Shown here in pieces: positions 28,260 through 37,876 of a stretch of 64,000 nt of DNA (positions are counted from its first letter, which is position 1; every line of letters begins with the position of its first letter). Source of the DNA: a virus (Duplodnaviria > Caudoviricetes); IMG/VR virus record IMGVR_UViG_3300003937_000325. The stretch is one strand, 5' to 3'. The position numbers and the translations under genes were made by a program. The notes under the pieces are model-generated. The model had not been told where the DNA came from. It searched no databases and worked only from the letters and a program-made list of their open reading frames with translations.

Positions 28260-30116
28260 TTAGTCATCTAGTAATGTTCTTAGTTCATCTTCAATTTTAC
28301 CTAAAGAATCTCTCCCTTTCGATAAGTCAATTTCGGATATACCATTAATCATATCATTTTCTAATATCATATTTAAATCTTTTTCTGAAGTACTTTCAGG
28401 TGTAACCTCAGCCGTAGTGTCACCACCCGTATCTGTACCACTATCACCTAAATCACTACCTAAATCACCACCTAAATCACCACCTAAGTCGCCTCCAAAA
28501 TCACTTCCACCACCACCAAATCCGGTGTCAGAAGGTTCTGTAACCTCACCTTCAGGTGCGCCACCTTCTCCAGGTTTATCACCATATAATTTATCGATGT
28601 TTGCAAATATTCCTGTTTTAGTAATTGTTTCAGGTGTTTTTTCAAGTTCCGCTCCAACAGCCTTTTCGATTCTTTGTTGTTGTAAATCTAATTTAATTTC
28701 TTCATCTGAGAAACCAAGAATATGTTTTTTAGCCCAAGAAGATGAAACAGGTTGTATACCATTACCTGGGTCAGAAACCGCATCACGGTAAAGAGCAACT
28801 TTTTGTTGCCATTGTTCAACTTTAAGTAAGTCCGCTTGTGTTGATGGGTTAGTAAGACCTAATGTAAAATTATTTAATTCGTCTTCAAAACCTAATAGAT
28901 ACAAATGTATTATAGCAATTTTATTTAACTCTTGAATCATAGATTTTTGAATTCTATTGATTGTACGAGCGAATCTTATATCTTGTAACGCTAAGTTTTT
29001 ACCATCACCAACAACCTCTTCAAACCCTAAAAATGCTTTAGGTACTCTAAGTGCAGTTAATAATTTCTTTTGTATATATTCAATATCAGCAATTTCTGAT
29101 AAGTTTTGTGCTCCTGGTAATGTGTCGATAGGGTTAGGTGCGTTAGCGTCTCTAACGGGTATGAAGTAATCTTGGTCAACCGCCATTTGATTATATCTTA
29201 AATCGACATTACCGTTATTAGAGTCCACAATTTGGTCTCTTTTAAATTTGTTAGCAACTCTCTGTACGTAAGGTTCGACATCTTTGTCATCCATGTTACC
29301 TACAAAAACTTTGAATACTCGTCTTTCAGGTGCTCTTGATGTTCTATAAACTAACATAGCATCTTCAGATAAAATAAGTTGTTTCCATATTCTTCTTGCC
29401 TTTTCTAACATAGAAGTACCATAAGGTAATTTACGGTCATCACCTAATAATCTAAAGTGAGCCACTTCCCACGTATTTAATACCATATCTTTATTTTGCC
29501 ATAAGAATTTTAAAGCATCGTTATCGGTATCTGTACTATTTTTTTCAGGTTTAATTTTCATTCCTCGTTCTTGACGAGTAATTTCAATATTAGGTAGTTG
29601 TTGTACCCCCATAACCCCTTTCTCAGGGTCTAATTTTAGATAAACGAAGTTATCCCCATACTTACAAGTATTTCTTGTCCACATAGGTAGATTAGTACTA
29701 ATATCGAGTCTATTGTTAAATAAATCCCCAAGTACTGATTTAATTCGTTTACTTTCTGAGTAAATTTGTAATATATATCCATCTTCATTCGCAGTTGTTG
29801 ATTCTTCCCCATATATATCTAACGCCGCAGATATTTCGGGCGTATATTCCATACTTTCATAATCATAAAATGAAGCTAGTCTAGTCGGTTCATAATATAC
29901 CGCTTGAGTATATAAGTTGTTCTCTACCTTCTGCCATTGTTGACCAAGATAGAGTGTTTGTTGGGCTTGAAGTTTTTCTCTCTCATACTCCTTTTTATCG
30001 GGAGTCTTTAAAAGTTCTTTCTTATCAAACTTAAATACGGGAGCTTGTTGGTCTAACGTTGAGTCAGGACCAAATACCTTAGTAAGTCGTTGCCATATAG
30101 TATAATTTTCTGCCAT
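28260..30116 (-). CDS. gp20: Portal protein, T4 gp20-like
   Basis: YESMEYTPEISAALDI, YRTSRAPERRVFKVFVGNM, DYFIPVR and IDTLPGAQNL. Confidence 0.96.
   Translation of the reverse strand: MAENYTIWQRLTKVFGPDSTLDQQAPVFKFDKKELLKTPDKKEYEREKLQAQQTLYLGQQWQKVENNLYTQAVYYEPTRLASFYDYESMEYTPEISAALDIYGEESTTANEDGYILQIYSESKRIKSVLGDLFNNRLDISTNLPMWTRNTCKYGDNFVYLKLDPEKGVMGVQQLPNIEITRQERGMKIKPEKNSTDTDNDALKFLWQNKDMVLNTWEVAHFRLLGDDRKLPYGTSMLEKARRIWKQLILSEDAMLVYRTSRAPERRVFKVFVGNMDDKDVEPYVQRVANKFKRDQIVDSNNGNVDLRYNQMAVDQDYFIPVRDANAPNPIDTLPGAQNLSEIADIEYIQKKLLTALRVPKAFLGFEEVVGDGKNLALQDIRFARTINRIQKSMIQELNKIAIIHLYLLGFEDELNNFTLGLTNPSTQADLLKVEQWQQKVALYRDAVSDPGNGIQPVSSSWAKKHILGFSDEEIKLDLQQQRIEKAVGAELEKTPETITKTGIFANIDKLYGDKPGEGGAPEGEVTEPSDTGFGGGGSDFGGDLGGDLGGDLGSDLGDSGTDTGGDTTAEVTPESTSEKDLNMILENDMINGISEIDLSKGRDSLGKIEDELRTLLDD
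28441..28512 (-). repeat. 12-bp coding repeats (DLGG) in the portal C-terminal tail
   Basis: CTAAATCACCAC-like units encoding SDFGGDLGGDLGGDLGSDLGD. Confidence 0.7.
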
Positions 30117-30129
30117 ACTTCTTTTTTAG

Positions 30130-30136
30130 ATAAATA
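30130..30136 (-). promoter_or_regulatory. Late motif TATTTAT (portal)
   Basis: 13 nt before ATG 30116. Confidence 0.6.
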
Positions 30137-30164
30137 GTAACATTATTTGAATTAAACTAAACAT

Positions 30165-31937
30165 TTAAAATTTTCCAAATAACCAAGAATTATCTTGATA
30201 GTCTTGCCTAGTCGCTTGTCCTCTGTGTCTATTGTGGTTTATTCCCCCTGGTAATGCAGATAAACTTGGATGAAAATCGTTAGAGGTATTTTTGACGGGA
30301 GTTTCATTAACTAACCAACTTTCCATCATGGCTTTAGTTTGTTCTGTCACCTTTTCTAATTGAGTAAATGAATTTTCCCCAACATAAATCGCCATAGCTA
30401 TAGCCATAATTAAATCATCATGTTGTCCTTTTTGGTGGTCGGGTCTACCGTTAATGTAAACAAAAGTGTTTAATTCATTTAATAACCTTGTTGACCTTAT
30501 TTCAAAATTATGTCTTAAGGCCTCTTCAAATGATGCCACAATCTGTACTCTTTTATTATTGAAATTTAATCCAGGAATCTTATCTAAAGTTTTAGGGTTA
30601 TATTTCCATTTATCAGCGGCATTAACACCTTCAACATATAAGTTTTTATATCCTAATTCTTGTAACTTTCTTGATGTAGATACACCCATACCACCCGTAA
30701 TATCAATTACAATAAATGCTGAATACATTGTCGCCCATTTAAATGCTATTTCTGCGACGACATCTGGTGGTACCTTACCTAAATACTCAAGAACTTGTTC
30801 TCTTGTTTCAAAATCTATTATAGTAAATGTTGTATAATCCTCACTATCACCACGAGAAACATCAATACCCATAATATATTTATGTCCTTGTATTGGCTCT
30901 TTCCATTGCCATAAAGAACCACCTATAAACTTATTTATTGGTTCTTGTATATAGTTTTGTTTAATAATTTCAATCGTACTATTTGGGATGACGTTATCCC
31001 CTGAACCCAAGAAGTTACACTCCAATTCCTGTGAGATTTTTCTTCTATCGAATTTAAGTTTTTTAGCCATACCTTCGAACCATGAAGAATAAACTTTGTA
31101 TCCATTTGCTAATTTTTCTTTAATTTCTACATAATCCCTTTCACGAGGTTTTATGTCGGTATAGTTTATTATAATTTTACTATCATCATAATCTTCTCTA
31201 TTTAACATGTAATGGATAATATCATTACATTTTATAAGTTGTAGGTCTCTAGCGTAACGAGGGTCACGATACCAATACATCTCAGTTATTTTAAAATCAT
31301 TCATACCCCTTAGTGCTTGGTCATAAATGGTATAATATATCGGGTCAAACCCGTTAGGCGTAGAAATTACGATAACTTTACCACCTGTAGAAAGTGACGC
31401 CATACATGCAGACCAAAAGTCATCATCAGCATCAATAAACGCAGCCTCGTCAAAAATAAGTATTGTTGGTGTATACCCACGAAGTGCATCTTTTGAGGTT
31501 GCAACTGCTTTAACTTCACAACCATTTGATAATTTAAAATGTCTTTGAGAATTTTTTTCGTTAGAATAAGATATCCCAAACCATGTAGGCCATTGGTCAA
31601 TAAAACTTCTAACCTTATTAGCGAATTCTTGTGATGTATCTAATTTGTTTGCAATTATTAGTACCTTTTCAGGTTTTTTCTTAGACGCAGTAACCACTTT
31701 TTTTGATGCCCAAGCTGCGGTAACTGTAGATACACCGGCCTGTCTATACTTTAAGGCAATATTTTCCTCATAAGTATCATAATCATTAATTAATGTTTTT
31801 TGGTCTGAAAATAATTCTAAAGGTACGTACTGTGATTGTGTATTATCGTAGGTTTGTAGATAAGTTTTTAACGCGTAAGGGGTATCTTTTACACACCTAG
31901 CATATTCCAATAAAACTTGCTCTCTTGATAGTCCCAT
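30165..31937 (-). CDS. gp17: Terminase large subunit, T4 gp17-like
   Basis: KYRQAGVST Walker A-like, FDEAAFI Walker B, ISTPNG, and nuclease motifs GIDVSRG and HDDLIMA. Confidence 0.95.
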   Translation of the reverse strand: MGLSREQVLLEYARCVKDTPYALKTYLQTYDNTQSQYVPLELFSDQKTLINDYDTYEENIALKYRQAGVSTVTAAWASKKVVTASKKKPEKVLIIANKLDTSQEFANKVRSFIDQWPTWFGISYSNEKNSQRHFKLSNGCEVKAVATSKDALRGYTPTILIFDEAAFIDADDDFWSACMASLSTGGKVIVISTPNGFDPIYYTIYDQALRGMNDFKITEMYWYRDPRYARDLQLIKCNDIIHYMLNREDYDDSKIIINYTDIKPRERDYVEIKEKLANGYKVYSSWFEGMAKKLKFDRRKISQELECNFLGSGDNVIPNSTIEIIKQNYIQEPINKFIGGSLWQWKEPIQGHKYIMGIDVSRGDSEDYTTFTIIDFETREQVLEYLGKVPPDVVAEIAFKWATMYSAFIVIDITGGMGVSTSRKLQELGYKNLYVEGVNAADKWKYNPKTLDKIPGLNFNNKRVQIVASFEEALRHNFEIRSTRLLNELNTFVYINGRPDHQKGQHDDLIMAIAMAIYVGENSFTQLEKVTEQTKAMMESWLVNETPVKNTSNDFHPSLSALPGGINHNRHRGQATRQDYQDNSWLFGKF

Positions 31938-31957
31938 CTATACATAATAAGTTTTTT

Positions 31958-33229
31958 TTATGATAAAGAAATACCCAACCCGTCTAAAAGACCTGAAAGG
32001 TCATCATCATCGTCATCATCGTCATCGTCATACTGTGATATTGCATCTTCATAATCTTGAGACTTTAATTCTTCTATAATCTCATCCACCATTTTAGCTA
32101 CAATTTTTTTACCATCATCAGAACCAGACATAATCATTTTAGCAACATCGAAAAATTCATCAGTAGTTAATGAAGAAAATCGTGAAAATAAATAATTTTG
32201 TATTTCTCTTAAATCGTCATCGTATAATTTTTCAGGATACGAAGCCATAAATTTTTCCCAAATTACTGGTCCTAATCGTAAATCCCATATTTCGTAAGGT
32301 AATGTATCTTGAGATGCCATAACCATATCCGCAGCTTTAGGGTCGTCAGGTAATCCTTGGGTACCTAAGACTTCGTAAACACCTTTTAGAAGTTCATGTA
32401 TCAATATAGGAAAAAACAATCCTTTAGCCTTTATAGTTGGTGGGTCAGTAGTATCATCAACTTCTTCCTTACCTTCCATTCCTTGACCACTTTCAGCAGC
32501 TTTCATAACCATTTCATCTGGCATAATCCAGTATAATAAATCATTAACGGACATTAATACACCATATAAATTTAATAGTTTTGGGTCAAGTTTTTCTAAC
32601 TCATCTTTAACTAAATGATACATGTAATGACCTTTTTTAGATGCTCCTTGAATTAAAGTGTTAATAAAACGTCTTTTAGCCTTTTCTAAGTCAAACTTTT
32701 CAAAAGCGGCCATAAAATTCTCTAAATCATCTTCCGCTTCATTTTCTTCAACACCAAACTGGTCTAAAACATCTTCGTCTTCAGGTTCTTCAGAATCCTT
32801 TCTCATTTTTGACATATCAATCTGACCTGGCATAGACGTTAATTCAACATCATATTGAAATGCATCATCAGGTAATGATAATTCTTTTTTAACGACATCA
32901 ACAGCCAATTGCTCCAAATAACCTTCATTATTTGACTCAATCTGTTTTACTTGTTTAACGGCTTGCATCAACATACCCTGTAAATTCATTAACTGATTCT
33001 GAGTTACTTCATTTACACCTGTATATCTCTTAACTTTTTCAACTACATCACGAAATCTTTTTGATGCGACTAACTGTTCAAATGAATTATCTAATTCATC
33101 ATTGTCTTTCCTCGGTAACCCCGGATTATCAGACATAGGTGTCTCACCTTTTTCTAATTTTGATTGAATTCCTTGGTCCATTCTTTCAGGACCATCATAT
33201 TCGATTTGTTCTTTAATTTTTTTCTTCAT
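31958..33229 (-). CDS. Hypothetical protein
   Basis: 423-aa ORF with an acidic C-terminal tail, upstream of terL. Confidence 0.75.
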   Translation of the reverse strand: MKKKIKEQIEYDGPERMDQGIQSKLEKGETPMSDNPGLPRKDNDELDNSFEQLVASKRFRDVVEKVKRYTGVNEVTQNQLMNLQGMLMQAVKQVKQIESNNEGYLEQLAVDVVKKELSLPDDAFQYDVELTSMPGQIDMSKMRKDSEEPEDEDVLDQFGVEENEAEDDLENFMAAFEKFDLEKAKRRFINTLIQGASKKGHYMYHLVKDELEKLDPKLLNLYGVLMSVNDLLYWIMPDEMVMKAAESGQGMEGKEEVDDTTDPPTIKAKGLFFPILIHELLKGVYEVLGTQGLPDDPKAADMVMASQDTLPYEIWDLRLGPVIWEKFMASYPEKLYDDDLREIQNYLFSRFSSLTTDEFFDVAKMIMSGSDDGKKIVAKMVDEIIEELKSQDYEDAISQYDDDDDDDDDDLSGLLDGLGISLS

Positions 33230-34364
33230 CTTTAAATGATATATTTAGATTGTCAAATTTAAGAAAATTTGGTAAGTCTTTATCCTCCACCTTAGCTTTA
33301 GGTGCTGGTTTGTGTTTCGGTTGGTAAGGATTTTTTCTCTTTGGTTTTGTACGAGTAGGTGTCTTCACAGGAGCTTCTTTAGTCCCAGGTCCTTGTTCAA
33401 TAATATCCATTAAATCTTTTTTAGTCATAGAAGGTTTATTTACATCTTTTATCAAAGATACAATACTTTCTTCAATTTTTCTAATATTTTCTTTACGTTC
33501 CTTAATTTGTTTACCAACAGAACTAACACATGCATCAAATTTCTTCTCAGCGTTTTTCTTCCAAGTTTTTTTAGGTCCATACTTACCTTGTATACTATCC
33601 ATACAAATGGCATACTCACTATCCTCTTCAAACATACCTAAAGTAGTCATAACAGGGCGTATAATAGTATCATCTACCTTTTTGCTCTTCTTCTTTTTCT
33701 TTTTACCCTTCTCTTCCGCAATACCCATACCGTCACCACCAGCTTTAGGATTAACTCCATAATTAGCGGGTCCGTCATCATTACCAACACTATTACCATC
33801 ATAAGGGTTATAACCTGATTCTTTTTCTAATGAATTATCAGCATCTTTATCTTCTAATAGTTCATTATCATCATCATGTAACTCATCGGCAGGTTCAAAC
33901 ATTTTAACTAACATGTTAAAGTTATCAGTAAAGTAACTTCTTAAATAAGCTCTTTTACCATGTACTATTAATCCGTCTCTATCTGTTTCATACTCTTCCC
34001 AATCGTCCCAATAGAAATCAACTGCGTCTTCGACAGCGTCTTCTAATTCACGACTAAAAGGACTTGGCATTTTTTCGGGTTCACCTAATTGTTTGTGAAT
34101 TGATTGATTGAAGAAATGTTGGTCAGAACTACCCCACTCATTTAATTCTTCTTCACCTAATTCATTGGATAGTTGTTGTGCCGACTGGTTGGCCATTGCA
34201 AGGTCATTTTTTATTTTTTCTGTCTTATCGCTAGTCGTGTCTTGTTCGTTAACTAGTTTCTTATGTAAAACACTGATTTGTTTACCGTCTAATTTCTTAA
34301 GGGTATTTAATTTAAATCCCTCCCTTAATAAGTCCATTATTTTAAATTTACTTTTCATCTTCAA
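33213..34364 (-). CDS. Hypothetical protein with multiple [LI]-x-E sites
   Basis: 383-aa ORF overlapping its neighbours in the operon. Confidence 0.75.
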   Translation of the reverse strand: MKMKSKFKIMDLLREGFKLNTLKKLDGKQISVLHKKLVNEQDTTSDKTEKIKNDLAMANQSAQQLSNELGEEELNEWGSSDQHFFNQSIHKQLGEPEKMPSPFSRELEDAVEDAVDFYWDDWEEYETDRDGLIVHGKRAYLRSYFTDNFNMLVKMFEPADELHDDDNELLEDKDADNSLEKESGYNPYDGNSVGNDDGPANYGVNPKAGGDGMGIAEEKGKKKKKKSKKVDDTIIRPVMTTLGMFEEDSEYAICMDSIQGKYGPKKTWKKNAEKKFDACVSSVGKQIKERKENIRKIEESIVSLIKDVNKPSMTKKDLMDIIEQGPGTKEAPVKTPTRTKPKRKNPYQPKHKPAPKAKVEDKDLPNFLKFDNLNISFKDEEKN

Positions 34365-34758
34365 TAAAACTTTTTTCGTAACTTAATACGATATCTCTTT
34401 CATATAGTTTATCTTCTACAGATTTAACACTATCTCCGTAACCGAAAACTAATCTTTTAAATTTATCATTTATAATCGAGTCACTATCTTCATTTTCCCA
34501 CGCTAAAGATATAACTCCATCAATCGAATCATATACACCAAAAAAGTCAGAATCTTGTATTAAATGTAAATCAATGTTTACGTTTCTTAAAACACCAACT
34601 TTCTTTATATATTGAATATGGGGTGGTGAAGGGTTACCATTAGCTGGTTGTGCGTCCCATTCATCACCCCATACATCGTCTACATCTGAAAAGATGAATT
34701 CGTATATATTATCCCCTTTATAATTGGGACCTAATTCATTTATATAAACTAATTTCAT
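34348..34758 (-). CDS. Hypothetical protein
   Basis: 136-aa ORF in the operon. Confidence 0.75.
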   Translation of the reverse strand: MKLVYINELGPNYKGDNIYEFIFSDVDDVWGDEWDAQPANGNPSPPHIQYIKKVGVLRNVNIDLHLIQDSDFFGVYDSIDGVISLAWENEDSDSIINDKFKRLVFGYGDSVKSVEDKLYERDIVLSYEKSFIEDEK

Positions 34759-35969
34759 AGTAACTCACCTTTAGAAGTTACTTTAAATTGTTTTTTACCA
34801 GATTCAAAAATTAAATTTCCTTTATTAGTTTTACCTAAAAATTTAATATTAGTATTTTCTTTAAGTATGAACTCAGAAGTTAATTCCTGTTCAATACTCT
34901 CTGATAATCTTTTTATTTCTTTTTTAACCGATATAGTGTTAACTTTCTCAGCTAAGAATTTTTTAATTTTTTTAGATTCTGTAATCTTTTTTTCACCATC
35001 GGTAACTACAAAGTACTTTTCTAATACCTTATCAACTTTTGACTCACCAAATATTTCATCAACCATAGATTTCATAGAATCACCTTCAGCCATTTCACCT
35101 TCAGGTTCTTCCATATCCATATCCATATCTAAGTCTAAATCTAAATCTAATTCATCATCACCAGATTCAACATCAATATCAACTTCACCTTCCATATCAT
35201 AATCAGTTTCATCTTCTTCAAAATTAGCTAAAATATCTTCTTTATCTTCTTCAGAAAGTTTGTCTAATTCAACTGCAGATATAATTGAATTTAAAACGTA
35301 CTTAATGTCTTCAGAGGATAATCCTTGATTTTTATCGTAAGTTCTTAGTTTCTGTCCTATTTTACCTGTTAATTTTTGAATTACCTTGAATGAGCTCTCT
35401 TCATCTTCAACCTCAACCTCAACTTCTTCTTCTTCAGTATCATCTAAATCTAAATCCATATCTAAATCATCAACACTTTCTTCAGAATCCATATCCATAT
35501 CAACATCCATATCAACATCCATATCTAAATCCGCTTCAGGTTCCATTGATGGTTCATCAACATCGATATCAACGTCAACTTTAGGTTCTGGTGTTTTTAA
35601 AACAAATTTCTTTTGTTCACCTATAATGTTAACTCCTTCAGTATTTTCATGTATTCTATTAAGTTCACCAGCAATAAGATTCACTTTTTTCATTGCTTGA
35701 GAAAATGATTTGTAATGTTTACGGTTCTGCATTGGTTCGTTATAATCAAGTTCTGATTCACTTATACCAACTTTTACTACGTATCCTGTTTTTTCTTTTA
35801 CAATTCCGTAGTACTTTCCATCGGCCATCTGAATTGAATAGTCGGCTTTGGAGTTTTTGTTTTCACTTAAAGTAGTGGGTTTTGAACCATAATTAGAAAT
35901 CTCAAGAATTCTACTAATTTGTTCTTGACCTTCTAATTTCTCACTACCTAGAGGTTTTAAATCTGCCAT
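34755..35969 (-). CDS. Acidic low-complexity protein (DxD-rich), probable prohead-associated
   Basis: 404 aa with DLDMDVDMD tracts. Confidence 0.7.
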   Translation of the reverse strand: MADLKPLGSEKLEGQEQISRILEISNYGSKPTTLSENKNSKADYSIQMADGKYYGIVKEKTGYVVKVGISESELDYNEPMQNRKHYKSFSQAMKKVNLIAGELNRIHENTEGVNIIGEQKKFVLKTPEPKVDVDIDVDEPSMEPEADLDMDVDMDVDMDMDSEESVDDLDMDLDLDDTEEEEVEVEVEDEESSFKVIQKLTGKIGQKLRTYDKNQGLSSEDIKYVLNSIISAVELDKLSEEDKEDILANFEEDETDYDMEGEVDIDVESGDDELDLDLDLDMDMDMEEPEGEMAEGDSMKSMVDEIFGESKVDKVLEKYFVVTDGEKKITESKKIKKFLAEKVNTISVKKEIKRLSESIEQELTSEFILKENTNIKFLGKTNKGNLIFESGKKQFKVTSKGELL

Positions 35970-35998
35970 ATCTCTATATTTTTAATATTTTTTAATTT

Positions 35999-36157
35999 TT
36001 AATTATATAAACCATTAACTCCACCCAATCTAACAGTGTCGCACTGAGTAATTGATTGATTTTTATCGTTCACATATGTAGCATGCATTGGTGTAAATGA
36101 GGTTGTCCCACTCACAGGTATTGTGTATTCTGTCGATGTACATCCAGTTTGTGCCAT
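35999..36157 (-). CDS. Small hypothetical protein (52 aa, MAQTGCTSTEYTIPVSGTT...), absent from the ORF track
   Basis: Open ATG-to-TAA frame filling an otherwise empty gap; TATTTAT motif 14 nt upstream. Confidence 0.7.
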   Translation of the reverse strand: MAQTGCTSTEYTIPVSGTTSFTPMHATYVNDKNQSITQCDTVRLGGVNGLYN

Positions 36158-36230
36158 AATAGTTTTTTATAATAAATATACCGTAAGTTAAGAATTTCCA
36201 TTTTTTCTTAGCCTACGTTATAATTATAGT

Positions 36231-36974
36231 TTATTTTTGCTCAGATAAAGAAAGACGATTATCAATAACATCATTCTGAAAATCGAATAGTTTCTGTATA
36301 TATCCATTCCTTCTTAGATATTTAAAAACTAAATTCTCATAAGAGTATTCACCCTCTTTTTCTAAACCACAACCTCTATATTTTTTTAACTTATCTTTTA
36401 CTTTTTGTATTTTCTCTAAAGAAGTCTCTAAATCATCATCCGATTCTTCAACATCATCAATCACTAAATCTATTATGTCTTCCCACTGCTCAACCTTATC
36501 AGTAATAATTTTTTTATTGATATTAACCTCCTCTTTAGTAGGTTCAACTAACCATTCATTAAATAATACTGAATACACCCCTGTTGATATGTGTGGTTCA
36601 TTTATATCTTGAACATATAGTTCAACTTCATAACCTTTAACGGTTATATCGTGTGTGGAGTTAAATAATGTTTTTTTTAGTTTAAATAAGTCCTTATAAA
36701 GTTCCTTTTCATTTCCTGACTCATTAAAGTCATACATAATGTGTAAATCTATATCTGAAAATTCGGACCAATTGTAATTAGATAGTGACCCGGTCATTGT
36801 TATATCTTGTATAAAAATGTCGTAATCTAAAAACTCAATGAATTTATTAGCGATTTCGATTAACTGTAAACGAATTTCTTCTTTCATCACGGCATTTGTA
36901 GGGTCATCAGGATTATCCCAAATAGTGGGATTTAACTCATCTTTTACATCAAAACTAGAAATTATATTATCCAT
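36231..36974 (-). CDS. Pol-beta superfamily nucleotidyltransferase
   Basis: TMTGSLSNYNWSEFSDIDLH (GS-x10-DxD) and VELYVQD. Confidence 0.8.
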   Translation of the reverse strand: MDNIISSFDVKDELNPTIWDNPDDPTNAVMKEEIRLQLIEIANKFIEFLDYDIFIQDITMTGSLSNYNWSEFSDIDLHIMYDFNESGNEKELYKDLFKLKKTLFNSTHDITVKGYEVELYVQDINEPHISTGVYSVLFNEWLVEPTKEEVNINKKIITDKVEQWEDIIDLVIDDVEESDDDLETSLEKIQKVKDKLKKYRGCGLEKEGEYSYENLVFKYLRRNGYIQKLFDFQNDVIDNRLSLSEQK

Positions 36975-36978
36975 GTTT

Positions 36979-36985
36979 ATAAATA
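36979..36985 (-). promoter_or_regulatory. Late motif TATTTAT (nucleotidyltransferase)
   Basis: 4 nt before ATG 36974. Confidence 0.55.
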
Positions 36986-36995
36986 GTGAGTTTTA

Positions 36996-37244
36996 TTACT
37001 TTGTTAATTTTTTATATTTGTATTTCCTTCCTATCTCTTTATTAAAGAATCCTCCTTGAGATTCTGCCATTCTAAATTTAGTATACATTGAGTGTGGTAC
37101 TTTTTCGTATTCGTACTCCATACCATTTTTAAATGTTACCACTAACTTCTCATTAGAGGTATTATAAACTGTCTTTTTTAAGTTAGATGAGTCAATTTCA
37201 TTTATGATTAATTTCCCTTCTATTTTTTCATTTTTAATTGCCAT
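36996..37244 (-). CDS. KTSC-domain protein
   Basis: DSSNL...YN....L.V.FKNG.EYEY..VP...Y..F..AESQG.FFN..I. Confidence 0.88.
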   Translation of the reverse strand: MAIKNEKIEGKLIINEIDSSNLKKTVYNTSNEKLVVTFKNGMEYEYEKVPHSMYTKFRMAESQGGFFNKEIGRKYKYKKLTK

Positions 37245-37287
37245 AATATATTTTTTTAATAAGTATAGGAATAATATATAAATAAAA

Positions 37288-37307
37288 AACCCTCCGTATG
37301 GAGGGTT
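37288..37307. terminator. Rho-independent terminator
   Basis: AACCCTCC-GTAT-GGAGGGTT. Confidence 0.75.
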
Positions 37308-37312
37308 CTTTA

Positions 37313-37666
37313 TTACTTTCTTAAGTTTTTAATTTTATCCCTAAGTTTAATCGATTCTTCAAAATTCTCTTCAGTAATAGAAATACCTAATTTTTCTTTT
37401 AAGTCTTTTATTTCTTTTCCATTTTTTTCCAAGTTTTTAATTTTGTCTCTAAGTTCAACCGCTAATTCAAAATTTTCTTCTGATATAGCATTATCTAATT
37501 CTTTTTTTAATTGATTCGTATTATTATCGGTAGTACTCGTAGTCGATTTACTATCGTAATAAAAAATGTATCCATTAGGTCCTACTTTATAGTAAGTTGG
37601 TTTTATTTCATTAAAGAATGAGTCAAACTCATCGAATAGTTCATTAAATTTTCTTTTTCCAAACAT
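37313..37666 (-). CDS. Small protein with two UvrB/UvrC (UVR) coiled-coil motifs
   Basis: LDNAISEENFELAVELRDKI and LGISITEENFEESIKLRDKI. The likely start is ATG 37666 rather than TTG 37711. Confidence 0.8.
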   Translation of the reverse strand: MFGKRKFNELFDEFDSFFNEIKPTYYKVGPNGYIFYYDSKSTTSTTDNNTNQLKKELDNAISEENFELAVELRDKIKNLEKNGKEIKDLKEKLGISITEENFEESIKLRDKIKNLRK

Positions 37667-37714
37667 ATTATTAGTTTTTTTTATTTTATTGTTTATCTTT
37701 GTACTTAACAAATG

Positions 37715-37729
37715 GCAAAAAACGTACCA
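37715..37729 (-). promoter_or_regulatory. Sigma54 (RpoN) -24/-12 promoter for the UVR-domain gene
   Basis: Minus strand TGGTACG-TTTT-TTGC versus consensus TGGCACG-N4-TTGC: exact spacing, one mismatch. Confidence 0.7.
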
Positions 37730-37773
37730 TAAGTTATATAATGTCCATATGACTCATCATTATAGAGGAATAG

Positions 37774-37817
37774 TGACATAATGACAGTTAACCTAAATTT
37801 AATATGACAAAATGTCA
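37774..37817. promoter_or_regulatory. Two TGACA-N3-TG(A/T)CA boxes, candidate activator binding sites
   Basis: TGACATAATGACA at 37774-37786 and perfect inverted repeat TGACAAAATGTCA at 37805-37817, 31 bp apart. Confidence 0.6.
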
Positions 37818-37822
37818 AGTAG

Positions 37823-37852
37823 TTGATAAACGAACAATTTTTGTTATATTAG
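37823..37852 (+). promoter_or_regulatory. Bacteroidota sigma70-like promoter for clpC (variant)
   Basis: TTG-N19-TATATTAG, ending 24 nt before the ATG. Confidence 0.45.
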
Positions 37853-37876
37853 TAATGATAAATTAATTAATATAAT

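Noticed and set aside
31100-31260. Intein or intron in the terminase
   Set aside because: The insertion is only about 50 aa, in frame, and lacks Cys/Ser-start and His-Asn-end splicing motifs.
24679-35700. Ser-rich plus-strand ORFs (24679..25230, 28417..28791, 34867..35202, 35386..35700) and similar short antisense ORFs across the window
   Set aside because: They are shadows of acidic or low-complexity coding sequence on the opposite strand and lie wholly within well-supported genes.
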